Assembly: GCA_045660245.1 (NCBI GenBank) | Contig: JAZRDJ010000060.1 | Coordinates: 1-29,074, forward strand | Reading direction: 5' to 3' | From: Clostridia bacterium | GTDB lineage: Bacteria > Bacillota > Clostridia > Christensenellales > UBA1242 | Length of the DNA: 29,074 nucleotides | In this document: positions 19,028 through 26,968 of the stretch, piece after piece | Layout: each line of letters opens with the position of its first letter | How positions within the stretch are numbered: the stretch's first letter is position 1 | Position numbers and translations under genes: made by a program | Notes under the pieces: model-generated | Database searches by the model: none | What the model saw: only the letters and a program-made list of their open reading frames with translations | What the model was told of the DNA's origin: nothing

Positions 19028-20617
19028 ATGAAAAAAATTATTCATGGCATTGAGGCTCTTGAAAAACTCAAAAATGGAGCAAACAAACTTGCAGATGCCG
19101 TCAAAATCACTCTCGGCCCAAGGGGAAGAAATGTTGCTCTTGACAAGAAGTTTGTGGCACCACTCATAACAAACGATGGTGTCACTATTGCAAAGGAAAT
19201 ATCTCTTGAGTGTCCATTTGAGAACATGGGTGCAAGCATCATCAAAGAAGCAACAATCAAAGCAAATACTCAGGCCGGTGATGGAACAACAACTGCTTGT
19301 ATCTTGGCAAGTGCTATTGTAAATGAAGGATACAAAGCGATTTCTGCGGGGCACAACCCACTGCTCTTGAGACGAGGCATTGAAAAAGCAACAACTGAAA
19401 TTGTGAAATGTCTTCACGACCTTTCAAAACCCGTTTCAAATCCAGAGGAAATAATTCAAGTTGCGAGCGTTTCCGCTGGAAATGAAGAAATTGGCAAAAT
19501 CATCGGTGAAGCCATAGACAAAGTTGGAATTGATGGAATCATAACAATTGAAGAATCCAACACAAGTGAAACTTACATTACACATAGCCAAGGTTATGAA
19601 TATGAGCGTGGATTTGCATCACCATACATGGCCACAGATACTGGGAAAATGCAATCAATTCTCGAATCACCACTTGTGCTTGTCGCAAACAAAAAAATTT
19701 CATCAATAAATGAACTACTACCAATTCTCGAACAAGTACTACCAACTGGCAAACAACTTTTGATTGTTGCAGACGATATTGATCAAGAGGCACTCGGCAC
19801 TCTTGTTGTCAACAGGCTCAATGCTGGACTTCCAATCACACTCACAAAATCACCATATTTTGCAGACAAACGCAAACAAGCACTGCAAGACATTTGCGTG
19901 CTCACAGGTGCAAACCTTGTGTCTGACGAAACAGGACTTCTATTTCAAAATATAACTTTGAGTGATTTGGGTACAGCAAAGACAATTATTGTCACATCTG
20001 AAAAAACAACAATCATTGATGGCGCAGCCAGCAATGATAATCTTGAAAATCATATCAAAGTTATCAAAGAACAAATAGAAAATGAAAAAGACGATTACAA
20101 AAAAGACACCTTGCTCACAAGGCTCTCAAAACTCACAAATGGCGCTGCAATAATTCACGCCGGTGCAAAGAGCGAAATTGAGTGCAAGGAACTCAAAATG
20201 CGCATTGAAGATGCTCTTTTTGCGTCAAAATCAGCCGCTCAAGAAGGTATAATTCCAGGTGGTGGCACAACACTTCTCTATATTTCAAACTTGCTTGCAG
20301 ACATGCCAGAAACCCTTGATTTGAAAGAGGAACAAGTTGGAGCAAAAATTGTCCTTGATGCCATCAAATACCCCATCAAACAAATTGCAGAAAACTCTGG
20401 CGTTGATGCGGGGAAAATTATGTATATTGTTGCATCTGCTAATGAATTTGCATATGGTTATGACGCATTGAAAGAAAGTTTTTGCAATATGTTTGATGCA
20501 GGAATAGTTGACCCAACCAAAGTCACAAGATCAGCAATTGAAAATGCATCAAGTGTTTCAGCAACACTTCTCACAACATCAGTTCTGGTGACAGATGATG
20601 ACAAAAAAAATTCATAA
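19028..20617 (+). CDS. groEL: Chaperonin GroEL, divergent, no GGM tail
   Basis: TLGPRGRNV, ITNDGVTIAKEI, AGDGTTTA, RIEDAL, GIIPGGG and GIVDPTKVTRSA motifs. Confidence 0.95.
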   Translation: MKKIIHGIEALEKLKNGANKLADAVKITLGPRGRNVALDKKFVAPLITNDGVTIAKEISLECPFENMGASIIKEATIKANTQAGDGTTTACILASAIVNEGYKAISAGHNPLLLRRGIEKATTEIVKCLHDLSKPVSNPEEIIQVASVSAGNEEIGKIIGEAIDKVGIDGIITIEESNTSETYITHSQGYEYERGFASPYMATDTGKMQSILESPLVLVANKKISSINELLPILEQVLPTGKQLLIVADDIDQEALGTLVVNRLNAGLPITLTKSPYFADKRKQALQDICVLTGANLVSDETGLLFQNITLSDLGTAKTIIVTSEKTTIIDGAASNDNLENHIKVIKEQIENEKDDYKKDTLLTRLSKLTNGAAIIHAGAKSEIECKELKMRIEDALFASKSAAQEGIIPGGGTTLLYISNLLADMPETLDLKEEQVGAKIVLDAIKYPIKQIAENSGVDAGKIMYIVASANEFAYGYDALKESFCNMFDAGIVDPTKVTRSAIENASSVSATLLTTSVLVTDDDKKNS

Positions 20618-20622
20618 ATAAG

Positions 20623-20655
20623 AAACGACCAGTACTTCATCGTACTGGTCGTTTT
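20623..20655. terminator. Bidirectional terminator between groEL and the convergent gene
   Basis: AAACGACCAGTAC-TTCATC-GTACTGGTCGTTT perfect inverted repeat. Confidence 0.9.
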
Positions 20656-20658
20656 ATT

Positions 20659-21450
20659 TTAGATATCTTCTCCGAGCAAGTCCTCAAGGATTGATTCGAG
20701 ATCTTCTGTTGGGTTCAATGCTTCATCAAAGTCAAAGATTGAATCGTCAGTCTTTGGAACATTTGACACTTTAGCAATCTTTTTGTTAACCACAGACGAA
20801 ATGAGTTGTCTTTGTTTCTTTGGTTTTACTTCAACCTTGCCATATTCAAGTTCATCAATGATTTCATCAACCTTCTTGTTACCTGTATTTTTCTTTGGTC
20901 TGCCTGGTTTTCTGGTCGCATTTTCGCCAACCTTCATATCGAATTCATTGCAAAGCATTTTGAACCTGTCATCGACTGATTTTGGTTTTGCTTTAAGCCT
21001 TGTTGTTTCTGATTTATATGCCATTTCAGCATCTGAGAGTTCTGTTGCGGTATCCTTGATGGCTGAAAGGTTTTCTATCATTGTTTTTATTTCGACATCA
21101 AAATTTTCAAAAGCCTCCTTGTCTTCAGGTTCATACTTTGTTCTCAAATCATCAAAAAAAGTATGCCATTTTTCAGAAAAACGCATCAAGTTATCAACTT
21201 CAATTGCACATCTTGTTTTCATTGTACTTTCAATATATTTGGCCTTTCTGTCTGCAAGAATCAATGCTCTTGTGACTAATTTTTCACGTTTTTTGAGAGC
21301 AGTCAATTCTTGAGTTTTTTGTTCCAATTGTTTTTTGAGGTCTGAAATTTCCTGCATTTGACTTGCAGCCATGAGTTGAGTATCAATCATGCTTTTTCTC
21401 ACAATATTATCAAGTTCCGCTTGGGAATAAGTCTTCTTTTTTTCAGCCAT
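20659..21450 (-). CDS. Coiled-coil protein with DivIVA-like features and an AT-hook-like motif; start moved to MAEKKKT (263 aa)
   Basis: SD GGAG; 8-nt overlap with the lgt stop; heptad repeats; 'KKREKLVTRALILADRKAKYI'; 'RKPGRPKK'. The DivIVA resemblance is inference. Confidence 0.65.
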   Translation of the reverse strand: MAEKKKTYSQAELDNIVRKSMIDTQLMAASQMQEISDLKKQLEQKTQELTALKKREKLVTRALILADRKAKYIESTMKTRCAIEVDNLMRFSEKWHTFFDDLRTKYEPEDKEAFENFDVEIKTMIENLSAIKDTATELSDAEMAYKSETTRLKAKPKSVDDRFKMLCNEFDMKVGENATRKPGRPKKNTGNKKVDEIIDELEYGKVEVKPKKQRQLISSVVNKKIAKVSNVPKTDDSIFDFDEALNPTEDLESILEDLLGEDI

Positions 21451-22231
21451 GTTTCTTCTCCATTTTTTGTTTTTTGTAGTGTTTGATGAGCACAGTGATG
21501 AGCAATGATACACCAGCAATTATCATTATTATTGTCATCATTTGAGAAATAGGAATACTCCCAAGTCTCAAAACAAACTCCGATTGTCTCCTTGTTTCAA
21601 GAATTGTTCGAACTGTTCCATAGTATATGAAATAACTTGCAGTGACGACACCTCGGATCTGAACTTTTTTGTAAAGTATAAAGAGTCCAATGAATCCGAG
21701 AATATTCAAGACAAATTCATAAAAAAATAATGCTTCATAAAAAGTCCCATTGATATTCACTGCAAAAGGAAAAACTTGCCACAGGGAATTTTTTATTTCC
21801 TGACCATAAATTTCAGAATTGAAATAGTTTCCCCACCTGCCGATGCCTTGTGCCAAAATCAGCACAACCACGAGCAAATCTGCAGCTTCCCAAAACGAAC
21901 GTTTCTTGATGAGTTTGAGCAACAATAATCCCAACGCTCCTCCACAAATTGCACCGACGATACTCATTCCACCAGACCTAAACTCAAAAAAATCAAACAA
22001 CGATAAATTCGCATCAAACAAAACCGCAAATAATCTTGCAAATACAATTCCAAGCGGAAGTATTGCGATCAAAATTTCAAAGTTGAAATTTGAATTCAGT
22101 TTTCGAATTTTGACAAGTGCAAAACTAGTGATATATGCAACCAAAATCGCGATGCTCATAATAACACCGTACCAGTATATATCAACACCAAAAATATTGA
22201 ATGCTACTCTATTTACGCTCAAGATATTCAT
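21443..22231 (-). CDS. lgt: Prolipoprotein diacylglyceryl transferase; start moved to MNILSV (262 aa)
   Basis: IYWYG, RSGGMSI, signature QGIGRWGNYFNSEIYG and YGTVRTILETRR. Confidence 0.9.
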   Translation of the reverse strand: MNILSVNRVAFNIFGVDIYWYGVIMSIAILVAYITSFALVKIRKLNSNFNFEILIAILPLGIVFARLFAVLFDANLSLFDFFEFRSGGMSIVGAICGGALGLLLLKLIKKRSFWEAADLLVVVLILAQGIGRWGNYFNSEIYGQEIKNSLWQVFPFAVNINGTFYEALFFYEFVLNILGFIGLFILYKKVQIRGVVTASYFIYYGTVRTILETRRQSEFVLRLGSIPISQMMTIIMIIAGVSLLITVLIKHYKKQKMEKKHG

Positions 22232-22237
22232 AAATAC

Positions 22238-22266
22238 ATTATAAAAAATATTCATCAAAATTGCAA
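22238..22266 (-). promoter_or_regulatory. SigmaA promoter for lgt, positioned for a leaderless transcript
   Basis: TTGCAA (22266-22261)-N17-TATAAT (22243-22238)-N6-ATG (22231). Confidence 0.7.
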
Positions 22267-22320
22267 TTAATTAATCATTTATATTATTATTTTATGAAAT
22301 AAATATGTAGAAATTTACGC

Positions 22321-22355
22321 AAAAAAAATCTGCGATAATAAAAATCGCAGATTTT
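22321..22355 (-). terminator. Intrinsic terminator after the 647-aa orphan gene
   Basis: AAAATCTGCGAT-7 nt-ATCGCAGATTTT with a T-run on the minus strand. Confidence 0.85.
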
Positions 22356-22361
22356 GTAGTA

Positions 22362-24305
22362 TTAACCTCTTGAAACCTCATTTTGTTCCTCATCAGTTTT
22401 TTCATTCCATGAGTCGCCTTGATTTCCTGATTGTGCTGCATCTTCTGGTCTTCCATTCTCAGTTGCATCACTCACAGATCCTGCACCAATTTCAGGTGCT
22501 CCTGATTCGTTTTGTTCTGGAGATTGTCCTTCACTTTCAAGTTTTTCTTCATATTCAGCAAGAAGTTTCTTTACATCTTCAAGTTGTTTTGCAAGATCTT
22601 CCTTTTCGCCATTCAACTCAGCAAATCTAGTTGCATTGTCCATGATTGCATTGAAAAGTTCTTCTTTTTGCTCTTTAAGTTCATCAATTTCGTTTTGCAA
22701 GTTGATTTTTTCTGTGTAAGAAAGTGTATAGTTCACTTCCCCTTCACCAAGCATAAGTTCCAACTCTTGAATTGCAGGATCGATTGCATTGTCAATTACT
22801 GCTTTGAGTTTTTCTTCGTTGATGTTTCCATTTTCATCTTTGCAAGAATCAAGTGTTTCTTCTGAACCGATGAGTTCAAAAATAAATTCACCAAACGCAT
22901 CTTCTGCTTCATGAAGTTTTGACTGTCTCAAATAATCACACACGATTGAACCAGCGAGTTCATCATCTTCAAACAAAAGATCCAAAGCAAGTGTCTTTTG
23001 CGCTCCACCATCTTCTGTTTCTACAAGAACAATATATCTATCCATTTGTTCTGGTGTCAAAATCTTTGCAAACTCATCAAAAACACCTTGCGCCCAAGTA
23101 GAAGCAGTATCGTAAGCGTTGAGTGCGCTATTAAAGTCAGCAATAGCAGCGTTCAATGCATTGTGATCACTATCTAATACTGCAAGAATATCATTTATGT
23201 TATAACTTCCATCTTCATTTTTGAAAGAACCTTTCAAATCTTCATGATAGTTGCCCATCTTGTCAAGAATAGTATCAATAATAGATTGAAGATTTGCTTT
23301 TTCTTGTTCAAGACCCGCAATTGTGTTGTCTTTGTTTTGATTTTCTTCAGTGAGAGCGTTGTTTTGGTTCACAAGTTCTTCATTCTTTGCTGATTGAATG
23401 CCAAATGCAACACCAAAAGAAGTTGTTCCAATTGCACCAAGCACAGCAGAGCCAATTGCAATACCTTTCCACACATTTTTCCACTTCTTTTCTTGAGGAA
23501 GTTCTCTGTTTGCTTTTTCAATTGCATCATCAATTGTAGAAACAAGATATTCATCTGGATCTTTCACGATGGCTTCCATATCAAGAACAGTTCTGATCAG
23601 CCCACCATCGTTCACACGCTTATAATACGTTTCAACTTCTTCTTGTGATTTATATCTTATTGCAGACTTAAATGATTTTTCAACAACATCAGCAAAATAT
23701 TCATAAGAAACAACTTTTTCGATTGCTTTATCAACTTCAGCCTTAAGTTCTGGAGTATTGATGATTGCATCAACATTCACAATTGGTTCAGATTCACTAC
23801 CCGTCAAGAATCTTGATCTTTCATCATTTGTGATCCCCGCTCTTGTCGCATAGTTATCAAAGATATCATAAACCAGAGAAGTATAGTTTCTGTAAAGTCC
23901 AGAAACTCTGTCTCTTTCGTTTTCAGCAGAAATAACTCTTTCATCAGCATTCAATGCAGTAATTGTTTGATTTGCGGCTTCGAGTTTTGCTGAAAGTTCT
24001 GCAATTTTATTTTCAAGATCTTTCTTCTCTGACGCTCTAGCAATTTTTTCTGCATTCAATTCTTTTTCTGCAGACTTTCTTGCTTTTTCAGCGGTTTTTG
24101 TTTGCTTTTGAGCCTCTTTTGCCATCTTTTCAGCATCTTCTTTGGCTTTGATCAAGTCTGCTTCGGAATAAATTGACAAAGATTTCAAACCTGCAAGGAA
24201 CGCTGAAGTCAAATTGTTGAACTTTTCATCATTGAAAGTACCATCAGGATTAACACACTCTTCAAAAATCTTATTGAGTCTATTTTCGATTGACATTTTT
24301 CCCAT
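22362..24305 (-). CDS. Hypothetical 647-aa coiled-coil protein with one central Gly-rich hydrophobic segment
   Basis: Long ORF with SD GGGGGA; own promoter and terminator; hydrophobic VWKGIAIGSAVLGAIGTTSFGVAFGI at about residues 277-303; acidic tail. Confidence 0.85.
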   Translation of the reverse strand: MGKMSIENRLNKIFEECVNPDGTFNDEKFNNLTSAFLAGLKSLSIYSEADLIKAKEDAEKMAKEAQKQTKTAEKARKSAEKELNAEKIARASEKKDLENKIAELSAKLEAANQTITALNADERVISAENERDRVSGLYRNYTSLVYDIFDNYATRAGITNDERSRFLTGSESEPIVNVDAIINTPELKAEVDKAIEKVVSYEYFADVVEKSFKSAIRYKSQEEVETYYKRVNDGGLIRTVLDMEAIVKDPDEYLVSTIDDAIEKANRELPQEKKWKNVWKGIAIGSAVLGAIGTTSFGVAFGIQSAKNEELVNQNNALTEENQNKDNTIAGLEQEKANLQSIIDTILDKMGNYHEDLKGSFKNEDGSYNINDILAVLDSDHNALNAAIADFNSALNAYDTASTWAQGVFDEFAKILTPEQMDRYIVLVETEDGGAQKTLALDLLFEDDELAGSIVCDYLRQSKLHEAEDAFGEFIFELIGSEETLDSCKDENGNINEEKLKAVIDNAIDPAIQELELMLGEGEVNYTLSYTEKINLQNEIDELKEQKEELFNAIMDNATRFAELNGEKEDLAKQLEDVKKLLAEYEEKLESEGQSPEQNESGAPEIGAGSVSDATENGRPEDAAQSGNQGDSWNEKTDEEQNEVSRG

Positions 24306-24376
24306 TTTTTAATTCCCCCAAATATACACTTTTATGTATACATTCATTTATTTCGCCCTATATTTTATGTGGCTAT

Positions 24377-24405
24377 ATTATACTATATGTCACACCCATT
24401 GTCAA
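24377..24405 (-). promoter_or_regulatory. Perfect-consensus sigmaA promoter
   Basis: TTGACA (24405-24400)-N17-TATAAT (24382-24377). Confidence 0.85.
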
Positions 24406-24454
24406 TACCCATTTTGCAATAAATAAGCCCCATTACGTGCATGAATTTTGACAT

Positions 24455-24482
24455 AAAAAATGCCTCATATAATGAGGCATTT
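24455..24482 (-). terminator. Intrinsic terminator after yigZ-recX-acpS
   Basis: AAATGCCTCAT-3 nt-ATGAGGCATTT followed by a T-run on the minus strand. Confidence 0.8.
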
Positions 24483-24492
24483 GCAATTGACA

Positions 24493-24879
24493 TTATTTAA
24501 TTTCCACAACGGCAATTGATATTCCGCCATCGTGAGAAATTGATAAATTAACTTCGGTCAACCCCCTGCCTGTTAGATACTCTTTAATCTTATCAGAAAG
24601 CACAATGAATGGTTCACCTGATGCTTTGTGATCAACTTCAATCTCTGAAAGAGTGAACGCATCCCCAAGACCGAGACCAAGCGCCTTCAAAAATGCTTCT
24701 TTTGCGCAAAAAAGACCAGCCAAAGTGTTGTCCCTTTGACTGCAAACTTCAGCGCGAGCCTTTGTTGTTGCTTTTTGATTTGAATAATCCATTTCAAGTT
24801 TTGTAAAAACTCTGTTGTTCACATCATTATCAGCGAGTTTTGAAACTCTTTCAACTCGAATAATATCTACACCAATCAT
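24493..24879 (-). CDS. acpS: Holo-[acyl-carrier-protein] synthase
   Basis: GVDII, F-x-x-KEA-x-x-KALG, G-x-P and SISHD motifs. Confidence 0.9.
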   Translation of the reverse strand: MIGVDIIRVERVSKLADNDVNNRVFTKLEMDYSNQKATTKARAEVCSQRDNTLAGLFCAKEAFLKALGLGLGDAFTLSEIEVDHKASGEPFIVLSDKIKEYLTGRGLTEVNLSISHDGGISIAVVEIK

Positions 24880-25493
24880 TCTTCTCTCTCCTTTTTTATA
24901 TCTTCAATTACACCATAAATTATGTCCAACGCAAACCCCTTTCTCGCAAGCCCTGCAAAAAGGTTATTTTTGGTCTTTTCATTCATAACCTTATTTTTCA
25001 TGTATTTTTCGGCATAATGAACTGCCTTTTCTCTTTCCGTGCCATCATCAACAAGGGACAGCGCTTCTTGAATATCATCGTGCGAAACACCCTTTTGTCT
25101 CAACTTGTTTTCAATTTCTCTTCTGCTTTTACTAGCGTATGATCTCACAAAACTTTGCGAAAACGCAGCATCATTAATATATCTGTACTCTTTTAATTTG
25201 TTGATTGCACCTGCAATGACTTTTTCTGAAAAGCCTTTTGATATCAATTTTGCCTTGACTTCCTTTTCTGTCTTTGCAGACCGTGAAATCAGCAAAAGCC
25301 CAGCCTCAAAAGCAGAGGAAGTTTCACTTTCTTCAATTATTCTTTCAAGTTCTGTGCCATCAATTTCCTTCCCTGTTTTGAGACCGTTTTTTACAGCACA
25401 TTCAAAAGAAAGACCGCTCACAAACTCGCCATCAACAAAAATATTAACTCGTTTTTTATTCTTCTGGCTTGAAATTTCTGTAATTATTCCCAT
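24876..25493 (-). CDS. recX: Regulatory protein RecX (long Firmicutes type)
   Basis: N-terminal KKRVNIFVDGEF; three-helix repeats (KTEKEVKAKL, YINDAAF, IENKLRQKGV, LARKGF). Confidence 0.9.
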   Translation of the reverse strand: MGIITEISSQKNKKRVNIFVDGEFVSGLSFECAVKNGLKTGKEIDGTELERIIEESETSSAFEAGLLLISRSAKTEKEVKAKLISKGFSEKVIAGAINKLKEYRYINDAAFSQSFVRSYASKSRREIENKLRQKGVSHDDIQEALSLVDDGTEREKAVHYAEKYMKNKVMNEKTKNNLFAGLARKGFALDIIYGVIEDIKKEREE

Positions 25494-25502
25494 ATTCGGC
25501 CT

Positions 25503-26141
25503 TTATATTCCAACCTTGTAGTATCCCATACCGATTTTTGTGATAGAACTTGCCTCTCTGATTCTCGTACGAATATCATCGAGGATTTTTTCACTCGTGC
25601 TCACTGGGATCGCACACTTAATCATTGGCATTGATTCATTGAAATCTCTCTCAATGATTGGCAAATTCTTTTCAGCGAGAACTTTGCCCAAACTTGCATA
25701 ATCATTGTATGAAACTTTCATTTCATAGAGTGTACAAAATTCCATTTTGTACTTTCCGGCTTGTTTCACTGCTTCGTTTGCAACAAAACCAAAAGTTCTT
25801 GTGAGCCTACTTTTGCCAAGTTCTTTCCCACCGAAATATCGAACAACCGCAACCATTGTGTATGTCAAATTTGCTTTTTTGATCGCTTCAAAAATTGGAA
25901 CACCAGCAGATCCTCCCGGTTCTCCATCATCATTGTTTTTTGCAATAGAGTAGTCCTCACCCAAGATATAGGCATATGGCACATGAGCAGCATTGGGATT
26001 GCTTTTTTTGAGCGTGCCAACCATTTCCTTTACTTCTTCTGGTGTTTCAACGTGCATTGCGACTGCAATAAATCTTGATTTGTTAACTTCAACTTCAACC
26101 ATTGATCTGTCATCTATTGAATAATATGGATTGTTTGCCAT
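25503..26141 (-). CDS. YigZ/IMPACT-family protein; start moved to MANNPYY (212 aa)
   Basis: VNKSRFIA, H-x-x-YAY, DDGEPGGSAG and VVRYFGG-x-x-LG motifs; SD AGGAG. Confidence 0.92.
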   Translation of the reverse strand: MANNPYYSIDDRSMVEVEVNKSRFIAVAMHVETPEEVKEMVGTLKKSNPNAAHVPYAYILGEDYSIAKNNDDGEPGGSAGVPIFEAIKKANLTYTMVAVVRYFGGKELGKSRLTRTFGFVANEAVKQAGKYKMEFCTLYEMKVSYNDYASLGKVLAEKNLPIIERDFNESMPMIKCAIPVSTSEKILDDIRTRIREASSITKIGMGYYKVGI

Positions 26142-26275
26142 GAATTTTCTCCTATCTGAAATCATTTTAACATAACACACAAAAATCTCAAAACCAAATA
26201 AGCACATTTTTGCGAAACTAACAAAAAACATGAAAAGCATCTAACTTTTCATGTTTTAATTATTGTTCTTATTTT

Positions 26276-26968
26276 TTATTTCAAACTCAAAAATTTCTCC
26301 AAATGGAATTTATTCCAAAGAGGTTTGTCTTCTGGTGGGAAAACTCTAAATACCATTTTTTCTCCTGAGATAGGATGATTAAATTTCAGTTCTACTGCAA
26401 ACAAATGCAAGTTTGCTTTAATTGCATTTGAATCATACTTTTGATCTCCAACAATTGGACATTTGATTGATGCAAGTTGAGCCCTGATTTGGTGCCCACG
26501 TCCAGTGAAAAGGTTGACTTTCACAAGTGCCATATTTTCATAAGTCTCCAAAACCTTGTATTCAAGTTCTGCCCTTTTTGCGCCCTCTTCCAGCATAGGA
26601 ACAATTCTTGCAATATTGTTTTTTGCATCTTTTTTGAGATATGTCACAATCCTTGACTGACTTGGGTTTGGAATTGCTTTTGTGATTGCATAATAAGTTT
26701 TGTCAAATTCACCATTTCTGATTTGCTCAGAAAGTCTTGATGCAGACTTTGAGTTTCTTGCAAAAACCATTACTCCACCAGTTGGTCTGTCAAGTCTGTG
26801 CACAAGCCCAATAAAAACATTGCCTGGTTTGTTGTATTTTTCTTTGATATACTCTTTGACCATTGTGAGCATATCCTTATCCCCACTCTCATCTTCTTGA
26901 GTTGGAATGTTTTGTGGTTTGTTGACCACAACAATTGAATTATCTTCATAAATTACTTCAAAATCCAT
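26276..26968 (-). CDS. RluA-family pseudouridine synthase; start moved to MDFEVIY (230 aa)
   Basis: VVNKP, LVHRLDRPTGG (catalytic Asp), TGRGHQIR, PIVGDQKY and LHLFA; TAATG overlap with the methyltransferase. Confidence 0.95.
   Translation of the reverse strand: MDFEVIYEDNSIVVVNKPQNIPTQEDESGDKDMLTMVKEYIKEKYNKPGNVFIGLVHRLDRPTGGVMVFARNSKSASRLSEQIRNGEFDKTYYAITKAIPNPSQSRIVTYLKKDAKNNIARIVPMLEEGAKRAELEYKVLETYENMALVKVNLFTGRGHQIRAQLASIKCPIVGDQKYDSNAIKANLHLFAVELKFNHPISGEKMVFRVFPPEDKPLWNKFHLEKFLSLK

Noticed and set aside
21400-21450. 'KTYSQAELDNIV' resembling phage capsid scaffolding N-termini (KTFTQEEVD)
   Set aside because: A short match only; no phage genes nearby, and the gene overlaps lgt.
24700-24790. 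AcpS AGLFCAKEA in place of AGRFAAKEA, plus a short insertion
   Set aside because: The core D, E and K residues are retained; this looks like ordinary family variation.
24876-25493. recX not adjacent to recA
   Set aside because: Unlinked recX is common in Firmicutes.
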